Virus record (IMG/VR): IMGVR_UViG_3300020413_000003
Location: 1-64,000 of that record
Strand: one strand, 5' to 3'
Origin: a virus
Taxonomy: Duplodnaviria; Caudoviricetes
DNA: 64,000 bases
The number at the start of each line of letters is the position of its first letter. Positions within the stretch are counted from its first letter, which is position 1. A program made the translations under genes and the position numbers. Positions 49,463-58,800 of this stretch are shown here, piece after piece. The notes under the pieces are model-generated. The model saw only the letters and a list, made by a program, of their open reading frames with translations. It made no database searches and was not told the DNA's origin.

Positions 49463-49705
49463 ATGAGTCTTGACTATTACAACTTTATGAAAGGAGAACT
49501 AATAGAAGTCAAAAACGATATAGGGAGGATAAATTTCATATCCGATGAATACATAACAGTAACAACAAAACATGAAAAGGATAATACCTATAAGAAGGGA
49601 TACAAACAAACTAACGTAGTAGTAAGTAAGAAATATTGGAATGAAATTAAATTCATTACAAGAGAGCAACTATACAAAGTAACCAATGAACAGAAAGAAC
49701 AATAA
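49463..49705 (+). CDS. hypothetical protein
   Basis: ORF track. Confidence 0.55.
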   Translation: MSLDYYNFMKGELIEVKNDIGRINFISDEYITVTTKHEKDNTYKKGYKQTNVVVSKKYWNEIKFITREQLYKVTNEQKEQ

Positions 49706-49977
49706 ACTAATACTATTAAGAACGTCCGCAGATAAGATAATATACTCTTTTACTGTACTCAAGTATATCATAGTGGACATATGGGAGTCAATACGAAGTA
49801 TGAAATATTATCGGAAATCAATAGAGAATGAATCAATATCAGATACAAATGATGATATTAATTAATATTAAAATAAATTAGGTAGTGTTGTTGTTATCGT
49901 TATTAATATGCGATCTTGATACGGTCTTAGCATGCAGACTATCAACAGTCAAGCATCTCACATAAAACTTAACAAAC

Positions 49978-50006
49978 TTGACAGACACAGGGATTTATGT
50001 CATAAT
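49978..50006 (+). promoter_or_regulatory. sigma70-type promoter
   Basis: TTGACA-17 nt-CATAAT. Confidence 0.6.
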
Positions 50007-50030
50007 AAGGTATAACAGAAGTATTGCCAA

Positions 50031-50213
50031 TTGCCTATGATTTTACCAGGAAAGTTTAAAAGACTTGCCGAGGGTTATCCAAAATTAAATAATACTGAAC
50101 TGATTGAATACTTTCAATTTCTTTTAGATACGGAACAAGTCACGGAGGAGACTCGGAGACATGTAGATTATTTTTTAATGGAAGGATTTTTGTACTATGT
50201 GCCAGTTGCATAA
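50031..50213 (+). CDS. hypothetical protein
   Basis: ORF track. Confidence 0.5.
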   Translation: MPMILPGKFKRLAEGYPKLNNTELIEYFQFLLDTEQVTEETRRHVDYFLMEGFLYYVPVA

Positions 50214-50256
50214 GTGTCCACTAAGGGGTGCATACAGGTAACCAAAGGCTTATAAT
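50199..50256 (+). promoter_or_regulatory. palindrome-associated early promoter
   Basis: GTGCCA-N10-TGTCCA, then 30 nt, then TATAAT. Confidence 0.7.
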
Positions 50257-50286
50257 AATAGTATACAAACAAAGGAACATTTAAAA

Positions 50287-50517
50287 ATGAATCTTACACC
50301 AATCGCAGCAAACCAAACAGAAGTAGAGACAAAGAACGCTCGCATCTTCTTTTCTTATAAAACACCTGTTGCTGCTTACATCTTCGGAGAGGGATTCGTA
50401 AAAACTTCAACTTGGTATTCAACTACAACTACTAGGCATCTTAACAAGTGGATCGGCAGAGACATTGTAAACACAGTTAAAGAAGTTCCACAGGAGTTAC
50501 TTGACAACCTAGTATAA
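50287..50517 (+). CDS. conserved hypothetical phage protein
   Basis: IFFSYKTPVAA...YSTTTTRHLNKW motif. Confidence 0.7.
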   Translation: MNLTPIAANQTEVETKNARIFFSYKTPVAAYIFGEGFVKTSTWYSTTTTRHLNKWIGRDIVNTVKEVPQELLDNLV

Positions 50518-50529
50518 GCATACTATAAT
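50501..50529 (+). promoter_or_regulatory. consensus sigma70 promoter
   Basis: TTGACA-17 nt-TATAAT. Confidence 0.7.
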
Positions 50530-50532
50530 ACA

Positions 50533-50556
50533 GAGGGCAGTTAAATGCCCTTTTTT
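50533..50556 (+). terminator. rho-independent terminator
   Basis: AGGGCA-GTTAAA-TGCCCT followed by a T-run. Confidence 0.65.
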
Positions 50557-50691
50557 CTTGCCGACAGTTAGCCGTATTGTCGGTTATATTAATTCGGCCA
50601 CTACCCTAACCTACAAAGGTTCCCAATCGCTAGTGATATATAATCAAAAATAAAAAAATCCCCAGTATAAAAAATTTCCCCATAGGTAAAA

Positions 50692-50901
50692 ATGAACAAA
50701 CAGGATGATCGTGTATGGTGTATTGAACAGTTACTTAAGAAAGAGGGGTTCCTAGACCCTAGAATGTATGAATGTGCACAATATCTCGCTACATCTGGTA
50801 GACCTGAGTCTAAGGAATCTCTATATACATCATGGGAGAATTGGAAGAGTAGTCATCCACAAGATTTTTCCCTTAACAATAGTCAACGAAATAAACTATG
50901 A
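50692..50901 (+). CDS. hypothetical protein
   Basis: ORF track. Confidence 0.55.
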   Translation: MNKQDDRVWCIEQLLKKEGFLDPRMYECAQYLATSGRPESKESLYTSWENWKSSHPQDFSLNNSQRNKL

Positions 50902-51056
50902 GTAATAGATTCACTACGAAGTTGGAAGAAGATGACTATGGCGACCTCATCTTAACAATACCTTACGAAGTATGTGAAGAACTAGGATGGGATACCAAGT
51001 CAGAACTAGCATATGATATAACTGAAGACAGTTTTACACTTAAAAAAGACAAATGA
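50898..51056 (+). CDS. small AbrB/MazE-like protein (52 aa, not in ORF track)
   Basis: EEDDYGDLILTIPYEVCEELGW...L.Y swapped-hairpin pattern; ATGA overlaps on both sides. Confidence 0.6.
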   Translation: MSNRFTTKLEEDDYGDLILTIPYEVCEELGWDTKSELAYDITEDSFTLKKDK

Positions 51057-51304
51057 CATTTTTCAAAGAACAAGTAAAAAGATTTTTTACATCAGGTAAG
51101 TGGGCATTGAAGTTAATCTTCCTTGTAGTACTTGTTGAGTTAGGTATAGTTGTCGGTGCTATAGCAACTCAAGAGTTAGATGAGAATGACAGCAATAACA
51201 TCAAACACATCTTGTCGTTAGTTGCTACAAAGTCCTTTGCATTATATGCAGCAGAGAAAGGTAATGGTGATAAGTATGTTAAACTTAAAGAATCTGAAGC
51301 TTAA
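51053..51304 (+). CDS. hypothetical membrane protein
   Basis: ORF track; one hydrophobic segment. Confidence 0.55.
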   Translation: MTFFKEQVKRFFTSGKWALKLIFLVVLVELGIVVGAIATQELDENDSNNIKHILSLVATKSFALYAAEKGNGDKYVKLKESEA

Positions 51305-51407
51305 GAGACTCTTACAGAGGTCTTTTCCGAATAAGAAGATAGTAATTACAGATAATAAGGATGGTTCTCAGACCATTTCTATTACTTAACTTCCCGCGAT
51401 CCACATT

Positions 51408-52016
51408 ATGCCGAGAATATTTGAATTGTTTCCTACTCCTGTGTTTGAATCGGGGATTACTCCCCTAGAGGAGTGGGTGCGTTTCGCTGACGATGTAGTA
51501 TATGAGCGATATCCACGTGACCCGAACTCGATTTCGATTGATAAGAACGTATTAGATAGTATACCTGTACTGAAAGAAGAGATTACTAACGCTTGTAAGG
51601 TGTATGCATACGAGTATCTGGGAGTAAGAAGTCACAATGATGTCTATATTAGTCGTTCATGGTGTGTAAAGCATAAGAAAGGGGACTGGGCGGGTCTACA
51701 TGCTCATATAAACTCTATATGGAGTGGAATATATTACCTTAAGTGTGATGACCATAGTGGAAACTTAGTATTTGAGAAGAGTTGGGGACACAATACATGC
51801 TTTACTAGTACAATGCAACCTGATCATATGATTAATCATCTAAATCAGAACGCTTTTTCGTTTACTCCTGTAGATGGTAGTCTATTAATCTTCCCTTCTC
51901 ACCTTCAACATAAGGTATTAGAGAGTAATTCTGCAGAAGATCGTTATTGTATTGCATTTGATGTTTACATAAAAGGAGAAATAGGTTATACTAATGGTAA
52001 TGGTATTACTCTATGA
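51408..52016 (+). CDS. putative 2OG-Fe(II) oxygenase (TIGR02466-like)
   Basis: LFPTPVF, HAH.NS.WSGIYY, FPSHLQHKV, RYCIAFD. Confidence 0.85.
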   Translation: MPRIFELFPTPVFESGITPLEEWVRFADDVVYERYPRDPNSISIDKNVLDSIPVLKEEITNACKVYAYEYLGVRSHNDVYISRSWCVKHKKGDWAGLHAHINSIWSGIYYLKCDDHSGNLVFEKSWGHNTCFTSTMQPDHMINHLNQNAFSFTPVDGSLLIFPSHLQHKVLESNSAEDRYCIAFDVYIKGEIGYTNGNGITL

Positions 52017-52228
52017 TTAGAGAATGTGGTAAATGTGGTGCTCGTTGGTTAGATGGGCAACTATATTGGGCAGATGGCAAGATGGCATGTCCTCATGACC
52101 TTGCAGGTCTTGTCTGCAACCTCACTGATCTGATTGAAGAAGGTAATTGTATTAACCCCTGCAAAGGATCCACAAGTGGTATGACCTGGAAACATCGTGA
52201 GATGATGATAGACTACTACGATATATAA
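52013..52228 (+). CDS. small Cys-rich protein
   Basis: CGKCGARWLDGQLYW...DLAGLVCN...CINPCKG. Confidence 0.65.
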   Translation: MIRECGKCGARWLDGQLYWADGKMACPHDLAGLVCNLTDLIEEGNCINPCKGSTSGMTWKHREMMIDYYDI

Positions 52229-52239
52229 AAATAAACCCT

Positions 52240-52455
52240 ATGGTTAACCTAAGAGATAAAATTCTCGCATCCCAAATTAGTTACTATCAAGGATTAATTT
52301 GTAAACATCAACAAAATGTTGAGATCTACCTTAACAACCCAGTTGGTATAGGTGAACATCCTGATGTAATGGCTGCAATAGACCAAGAAATTGCTGCTAT
52401 TGCTCAAAACCATGAAAAGATTGACATTATCAATCACTACTTCTTAAATGCCTAA
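52240..52455 (+). CDS. conserved hypothetical phage protein
   Basis: NVEIYLNNPVGIGEHPDV motif. Confidence 0.7.
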   Translation: MVNLRDKILASQISYYQGLICKHQQNVEIYLNNPVGIGEHPDVMAAIDQEIAAIAQNHEKIDIINHYFLNA

Positions 52456-52714
52456 GTACGAACTAGAAGGAGCATATGACGAACACTGGAGAGAACAATG
52501 GAAGTTCAACCAGACTGTTGGTGGTGCTTTGGAAGAGATCGCAAATAGACTTACAGAACTAGAGAAAACAGTCGCAGAACAACCTACAAGTGACAAAACC
52601 TACTATAAACCATACGGTTATAAGGATTATGACACCTTATATGGCACTCTAGACACTATTTTTAAGCGTTTAGACGATTTAGAAGGAAAAAAACGCACTT
52701 TTGGTAAACTTTAA
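52448..52714 (+). CDS. hypothetical protein
   Basis: ORF track. Confidence 0.6.
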   Translation: MPKYELEGAYDEHWREQWKFNQTVGGALEEIANRLTELEKTVAEQPTSDKTYYKPYGYKDYDTLYGTLDTIFKRLDDLEGKKRTFGKL

Positions 52715-52724
52715 CCCTATTTTT

Positions 52725-52829
52725 ATGAAAAAACCTAAAAAAACACGTCAAGGTAACGGATTATGCACAAAAATTGCTGCTAGTTCACGAAATAAAGCAA
52801 AAAAACGTTATCGTGGTCAAGGTAAGTGA
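52725..52829 (+). CDS. small Lys/Arg-rich peptide (34 aa, not in ORF track)
   Basis: MKKPKKTRQGNGLCTKIAASSRNKAKKRYRGQGK*. Confidence 0.55.
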   Translation: MKKPKKTRQGNGLCTKIAASSRNKAKKRYRGQGK

Positions 52830-53020
52830 ATGATGAAATAAATGAGGCTTGGAGTGAGTCTCGGATCAATAAACCAAAAAAATATCCGATGCCTCTATGG
52901 TTAACGGATGAAGAATTTGACAAAATGGTTGAATCTTTATGGATCAGAAGGAAGTCTGATAAGTTGTGTGAAAAATTATGGACAAGAATGTCGGCAATAA
53001 AGGCTGTTGTACCTGACTAA
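52826..53020 (+). CDS. hypothetical protein
   Basis: ORF track; GTGA overlap. Confidence 0.5.
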   Translation: MNDEINEAWSESRINKPKKYPMPLWLTDEEFDKMVESLWIRRKSDKLCEKLWTRMSAIKAVVPD

Positions 53021-53023
53021 ATA
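53017..53023 (+). promoter_or_regulatory. late promoter
   Basis: CTAAATA upstream of SET-gp25-gp6-gp7. Confidence 0.5.
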
Positions 53024-53044
53024 TAATTAGTTAGATTATGAATC

Positions 53045-53374
53045 GTGACTTATCAGGCATTACCCGAAGGACTGTACATTAAAGACTCCCCTATAGCAGG
53101 GCAAGGCATATTTACTAGTAAATCCCTTGAAGTTGGCACAGAATTAGGTATGTCTCACATAGTTATCGCAGATGAGATCATTAGAACTCCTCTTGGAGGG
53201 TTTATTAACCATAATGATGTCCCAAATTGCGAGAAATTGTGTCCAAGGGTGGAAAAAATGTATAATTTGACCAAAACCCACTATAAGTCAATAAAGAAAT
53301 ATTATGTAAAGGTTGTTAAACCTATTGGTGAAGGTGAAGAATTATTTTTGAATTACACTTTCTATAAGGTATAA
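53045..53374 (+). CDS. SET-domain protein (putative lysine methyltransferase)
   Basis: SPIAGQGIFT, FINHNDVPNC, IGEGEELFLNY SET motifs. Confidence 0.82.
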   Translation: MTYQALPEGLYIKDSPIAGQGIFTSKSLEVGTELGMSHIVIADEIIRTPLGGFINHNDVPNCEKLCPRVEKMYNLTKTHYKSIKKYYVKVVKPIGEGEELFLNYTFYKV

Positions 53375-53793
53375 TGGCGATTAAAGAGGTAAGAGGTGGT
53401 AAAGATAACCTTTCACGTGGTTTTAAAGATGTTGGTATGAGTTTCTTACTCAATGTCTTTACAAAAGATGCTGCGGTGGTGAAGAATGAGAATGCCATTA
53501 AACAATCTATCAAGAATTTAGTACTAACACAGAAGGGGGAAAAGTTGTTTCAACCTGAGATAGGGTCTGGTGTATATGAATTACTCTTTGAACCTATGGA
53601 TCCGTTTACAGCAGATTCTATTAGGGATGAGATAATAAATACTCTTGGACAGTATGAACCTCGAATTAGTATTCTAGAGGTAGATGTGGAACCGAACGAA
53701 GCAACTAACACATTTGATGTTACGGTTGAATATAGAATTGTAGGACAACCCATAGTGGAAACAGTCAACTTCATCTTGCAGAGACCCGAATAA
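53374..53793 (+). CDS. gp25: baseplate wedge subunit gp25
   Basis: AIKQSIKNLVLT..GEKLFQPEIGS..LLFE, YEPRI. Confidence 0.92.
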   Translation: MAIKEVRGGKDNLSRGFKDVGMSFLLNVFTKDAAVVKNENAIKQSIKNLVLTQKGEKLFQPEIGSGVYELLFEPMDPFTADSIRDEIINTLGQYEPRISILEVDVEPNEATNTFDVTVEYRIVGQPIVETVNFILQRPE

Positions 53794-55820
53794 TGCAACC
53801 GAACAATTTAACAGCATTAGATTTTGGTGATATTAAGGCATCAATCAAATCATATCTAAGAACTAGGACAGAGTTTACAGATTATGACTTTGAAGGTGCT
53901 GCTTTATCTTATCTAATAGACACATTAGCATATAATACCTATTATACTGCCTTCAACGCTAACATGGCGATGAATGAGGCATTCCTACCATCCGCTACAG
54001 TAAGAGATAACGTTGTTAATATAGCAAAACTACTAAACTATGTTCCGACCTCTATAGTCGCTTCTAGGGCAACTATATCGTTGGTAGTTCAATGTCAGCA
54101 AACAAGTGATGTATACCCAAGTACAGTAACCTTAAAGAAAGGTGCAATACTACAGGGTGGTTCCTTTATGTGGAATATTCTAGCAGATACTACGGTTTCT
54201 GTCGATCCAACAACAGGAATTGCAAACTTTTCTAGTTTAATTGTAAAACAGGGAACAATTCTTAACTTCTCATACGTTGTTAATACATTTGCTTCTCAAA
54301 TTTACAAGATTCCCTCAGAAAATTGCGATATATCAAGTTTAACAGTTAATGTAAAGGCAACCGAGACATCCACAACCTCTGATTTATACACTAGAGTTGA
54401 TACTATTAGTAATCTTACCGCTACATCACGTATATACTTCATCTCCGAAGGTGAGGATATGCGTTATGAGTTGAAATTTGGAGATGATAGTATTGGTAGA
54501 GCACTAAGTGATGGTGAGGTTGTAACACTAGAGTATCTTGTTACTGACGGTGAACCTGCTAATGATGTCAATGTATTCAACTTCATTGGTAGACTGTCAG
54601 ATAGTGCAGGTAGATCATATACTTCACAATCGGTAACTATGACTTTGAATGAGAAGTCAGGTTATGGAGAGAGTGCTGAGTCTATAGAATCTATCAAATA
54701 TAATGCTCCTAGGTATTATTCCTCACAGTATAGAGCAGTTACTGCACAAGATTACGCAATCATCACTAAAAAAGTGTATGATAACGCACATTCCGTTGTT
54801 GCGTATGGTGGAGATTCACTAAATCCCCCAATTTACGGTAAAGTTTACATCGCTATTAAGACAAAGACAGGATCTTTGCTTAATGATCAAACTAAAAAGA
54901 GTATTGCTGCGGATTTACGCGGTTATGCAATGGCATCTATCGACCCTGTGGTCATCGATCCCGAAAATGTATACATCTATCCTAAAGTGTTTGTACAATA
55001 TGACACGGGATGCGGAAGTGATACATCAACTATTAAGACAAATGTGTCTACTGCAATAGAAGATTGGGCGACACAGACGGAAATAAACAACTTTAACTCA
55101 ACATTTAGATCATCAGCATTTGAAAAGGCAATTACACTAGCAGACAGGTGTGTTAGTGACGTTTCACTTCAAACTACAATATTACGATACATTCTACCTA
55201 CTACCAATCAAACTAATACGTATAGCATCTCTACTGGATCCGCACTCTACAATAGTGCTCCTTCTAAAGACGGTAGTGATGGAACTAATCCAAAAGAACC
55301 AATTCTCCTATCAGGATCCTTTAGAACTTCAGACAGACCAGGTGTTGATCAACAGTTTGAAGATGATGGATACGGAAACTTGAGAACTTACTACAATACA
55401 GGAACAAGAAAGATCTATACCAATAATGCTGCAGGAACTTGTAACTATGATACTGGTGAAATTGCTTTCGGACCTGTTGCAATTATCGGTGCGGGTGCAA
55501 ACTTCTCAACAACTGGTGTAAATATTACTAATACTTCTACAGGAGCAGGGTCTGTAACCGATTCAACATTACTTCCTGTAGATTTACAAATTCCCGTTCA
55601 ATTTATTCCAGCGAACTCAAATAGCATTCCTGCTTCAACTCCTGGTACAATTATTAATATTGTGTTACCAGAAATAACAGTTGCACCTGTAGGAACAGCA
55701 CCACCTCCCACTATACCACTAAATAGTTTGACACCGACTATTTTTGACCAGACTCCATCAACTGTGGCAATCACATCAAGTCTGGGCAGCACAACTAACT
55801 TAAATACCACCTCTTATTAG
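53793..55820 (+). CDS. gp6: baseplate wedge subunit gp6
   Basis: LDF.DIK.SIK.YL..FTDYDFEG..LAYNTYY..NANM, FGD, ESIKYNAP..Q.RAVTAQDY. Confidence 0.93.
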   Translation: MQPNNLTALDFGDIKASIKSYLRTRTEFTDYDFEGAALSYLIDTLAYNTYYTAFNANMAMNEAFLPSATVRDNVVNIAKLLNYVPTSIVASRATISLVVQCQQTSDVYPSTVTLKKGAILQGGSFMWNILADTTVSVDPTTGIANFSSLIVKQGTILNFSYVVNTFASQIYKIPSENCDISSLTVNVKATETSTTSDLYTRVDTISNLTATSRIYFISEGEDMRYELKFGDDSIGRALSDGEVVTLEYLVTDGEPANDVNVFNFIGRLSDSAGRSYTSQSVTMTLNEKSGYGESAESIESIKYNAPRYYSSQYRAVTAQDYAIITKKVYDNAHSVVAYGGDSLNPPIYGKVYIAIKTKTGSLLNDQTKKSIAADLRGYAMASIDPVVIDPENVYIYPKVFVQYDTGCGSDTSTIKTNVSTAIEDWATQTEINNFNSTFRSSAFEKAITLADRCVSDVSLQTTILRYILPTTNQTNTYSISTGSALYNSAPSKDGSDGTNPKEPILLSGSFRTSDRPGVDQQFEDDGYGNLRTYYNTGTRKIYTNNAAGTCNYDTGEIAFGPVAIIGAGANFSTTGVNITNTSTGAGSVTDSTLLPVDLQIPVQFIPANSNSIPASTPGTIINIVLPEITVAPVGTAPPPTIPLNSLTPTIFDQTPSTVAITSSLGSTTNLNTTSY

Positions 55821-55825
55821 AGTAG

Positions 55826-58800
55826 ATGACAAATATTAATAAGGTATCACAAGCGGTTGTCTCACAGACACCCGATTTCGTAGAGTCAGATTACCCACTG
55901 TTTAATCGATTCCTCGAGTACTATTATGCATCTCAAGAAAAAACAGGTTTAGGACAGAATATATTAAACAATTTTCTAGGATATCTTGACATTGATAAAC
56001 TAGACATTAGTATTTTAGATGGTGCAACTAAGGTTAGAGAAGCAATAACTGCAACTAGTGATAGAATTGTTGTAGAGAGTGTAGATAGTTTTCTAGAGAA
56101 GAATGGAACAATATTAGTTGATGGCGAAGTAATATTTTATGAATCTACAACATCCTCACCAAACATTGCACTAACACCAGGTGTTAACTACGATCAGGTA
56201 AAATTAAAGTGGGATGAACTAGCAAGTCCTTTAACAAGTTTTGACGGAACTACATCAAGGTTCCCATTAACCTCTCAATCTAATCCCGTAGGTCCTCCAT
56301 CTGCACAACATTTGATTGTAAGGGTATATGGTGATTGGTTACTTCCTAATGTTGATTATACCATTGACGGTGATCATATTGTCTTTACTACTCCTCCTAG
56401 AGCAAGAGTTGTTGCTGATGATGCCTCATATACTTACATTACATACCTAAACGGTTTTGTTGAGAACCAAATCGTTGCTATGGATAATATCTCTGGTGCG
56501 TTTGGTGAAAATAAGAGACAATTTACTATTACACGAAATGGAGTAAGATATGAACCTACTGTAGATGAATATTGTCTTGCGGTATATGATAATAAGTTAA
56601 TGATACCTAAAGTTGACTTCTTTATTGATGGTGATCAGTTTATCTTTAATACTGCTCCATTAAACGGAAGACTACTTTCTTTCTATGTTATTGAAGCACC
56701 TATTCCTTCATTTGGTGCAGGTGCTGTTGGATTTGCTCAAGTTAGTGATACAGGTACTCTTACTGGTATTACTGTTAATAATACAGGTTCTAAGTATAGA
56801 TTCCAATATCCTCCACAAGTATCCGTTAACTCTGATACTGGATCAGGTGCATCTGCAACTGCTCTTGTAAATGGTGTTAAAGAACTTTCTTTATTGAATG
56901 GTGGATTTGGTTATAGTGAAACTAACCCTCCAGTAGTTCAAGTTGAATCTCCAACACTAGATGGTTCACAGCAAGCAACTTTAAAAGCAACTGTTACTAA
57001 TGGTGCTGTTTCTTCTCTTGAAATCGTCAATTCTGGGTCAGGATATACATTCACACCTAGAATCACTTTCCGACAGCCAGGAGGGTGCACATTGGGCACT
57101 GGGCAGATATTAAATGGATCTATTAGTGCTGTTCCTGCTATTACTTACGGTGGATTTGGATATACGACTGCACCTACCGTTTATGTTGATGAACCTACAG
57201 GTGAATCACCAATTAGAGCAAATATTCAAGCAACTGTTCTTAATGGTGAAGTTACTGCTCTTACAATATTAAATGCAGGTCAAGGATATACTTCTACACC
57301 TAGAATTGCTATTGTTGATCCAGTAGGTGCACAAGTTTTAGAGACTGTTGTTGATACTGACGGAAGGGTAACTTCTATTGAACTTTTAGATGGTGGTAAT
57401 GGATATGAAGATGTTCCCTCAGTTTACATTGTTGATAATAGATTAGACGATAGAGGAACATTTATTGGTGGAAGTGGTGCTACAGCGTCAGCATCAATCT
57501 TTAACGGTAGAATCACTGATATTAACGTTACTGAGTTTGGAACTGGGTACAGTCAAACTACTCCTCCTACTGTTGTTATTCAAACACCTCCTTCAGCAGA
57601 TGCATCTGCAACTATTGGTGTAAATGAAGTTACTGGATTTAATATTAATCAAAACGGAACAGGATATACAAAAGCACAGTTTATTGGATGTGCTAGAGCA
57701 GCAAGTGCTATTACTTCTTATACACAAAGTGGTAATGCTGTATTTACTGACACAACTAGTGCAGTAGAACATGCACTTGACTCTCCTGTTAAGTGTTTAG
57801 ATTCATTATTTGTTAAAAGACTACTTGATAAGTATACTCAACAATATCTACCTGACGTTCCTTCATTAGATTACAATACAATCGATGTAAGAACCGCTAT
57901 CAAGACTATTAAAGACTTTTACAGTTGTAAAGGAACTTCTTACAGTATTGCATATCTTTTCAAACTTCTTTATGGTGAGCAAGTCAATATATCATATCCT
58001 AAAGATCAAATCATTAAACCATCTGCTGCAACATGGTCTATTGATACAATTCTTCGTGCAACTATAGTAAGCGGTGATCCTGCTAACATTAGAGACGGTC
58101 TTTTAACTCAAGATGCTGATATTGCTGATGAAAACATAAGAGCAGCAAGTGCACTTGTAGAAAACTTTATTTCGATTAAAACATCCCAAACTGAAATATA
58201 TGAATTAATTCTTTCCGAAGAAACCATTGATGGAACATTTATAGTCCCTTATAAGACAAAATTAGCAGAACCTCTTAATCAAACAGAAGGTATTATAACT
58301 GTTGACTCTACAATTGGTTGGCCAGAAAGAAACGGTGAATTTTTGATTGGTAGTTCATCAGATACTGCAGAACTCATTCAATATAAGGAAAAATCACTAA
58401 ACCAGTTTATTGAGTGTACTAGATCAGTCAATAACGTAGTTGAGGACTGGGATTCTGCGACTGAAGTAAAATCCAACTTTAAAGTCTATGTTAACAAAGG
58501 AACTGCTCAAGAAGTAATCATGAATGTTGTTGGTATCGTTGATGCTCAACAAACTACTCTTACTGACACTGGTTCTTATTACTTACCTGGTGATAAACTA
58601 GCAATTTCTAAATTAGGTGGAACTGACGCTAGTTCTGAACTTATTACTTGGTTGTATAACGTTAAAAAGTTAATTTCAGTTACTGGAATTACATTTGGTG
58701 GTATTAATGATCAAGCTGCTACTGTAACTTGTGCAAATCCTCATGGTCTACTGGTTGGAGATCAGGTTACAATCTATGGTGCTAACCCAATCATCTATAA

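Noticed and set aside
44450-50256. Repeat array as a CRISPR locus
   Set aside because: Repeats are degenerate and irregularly spaced by hundreds to thousands of bp of coding sequence; no cas genes; they fit promoters.
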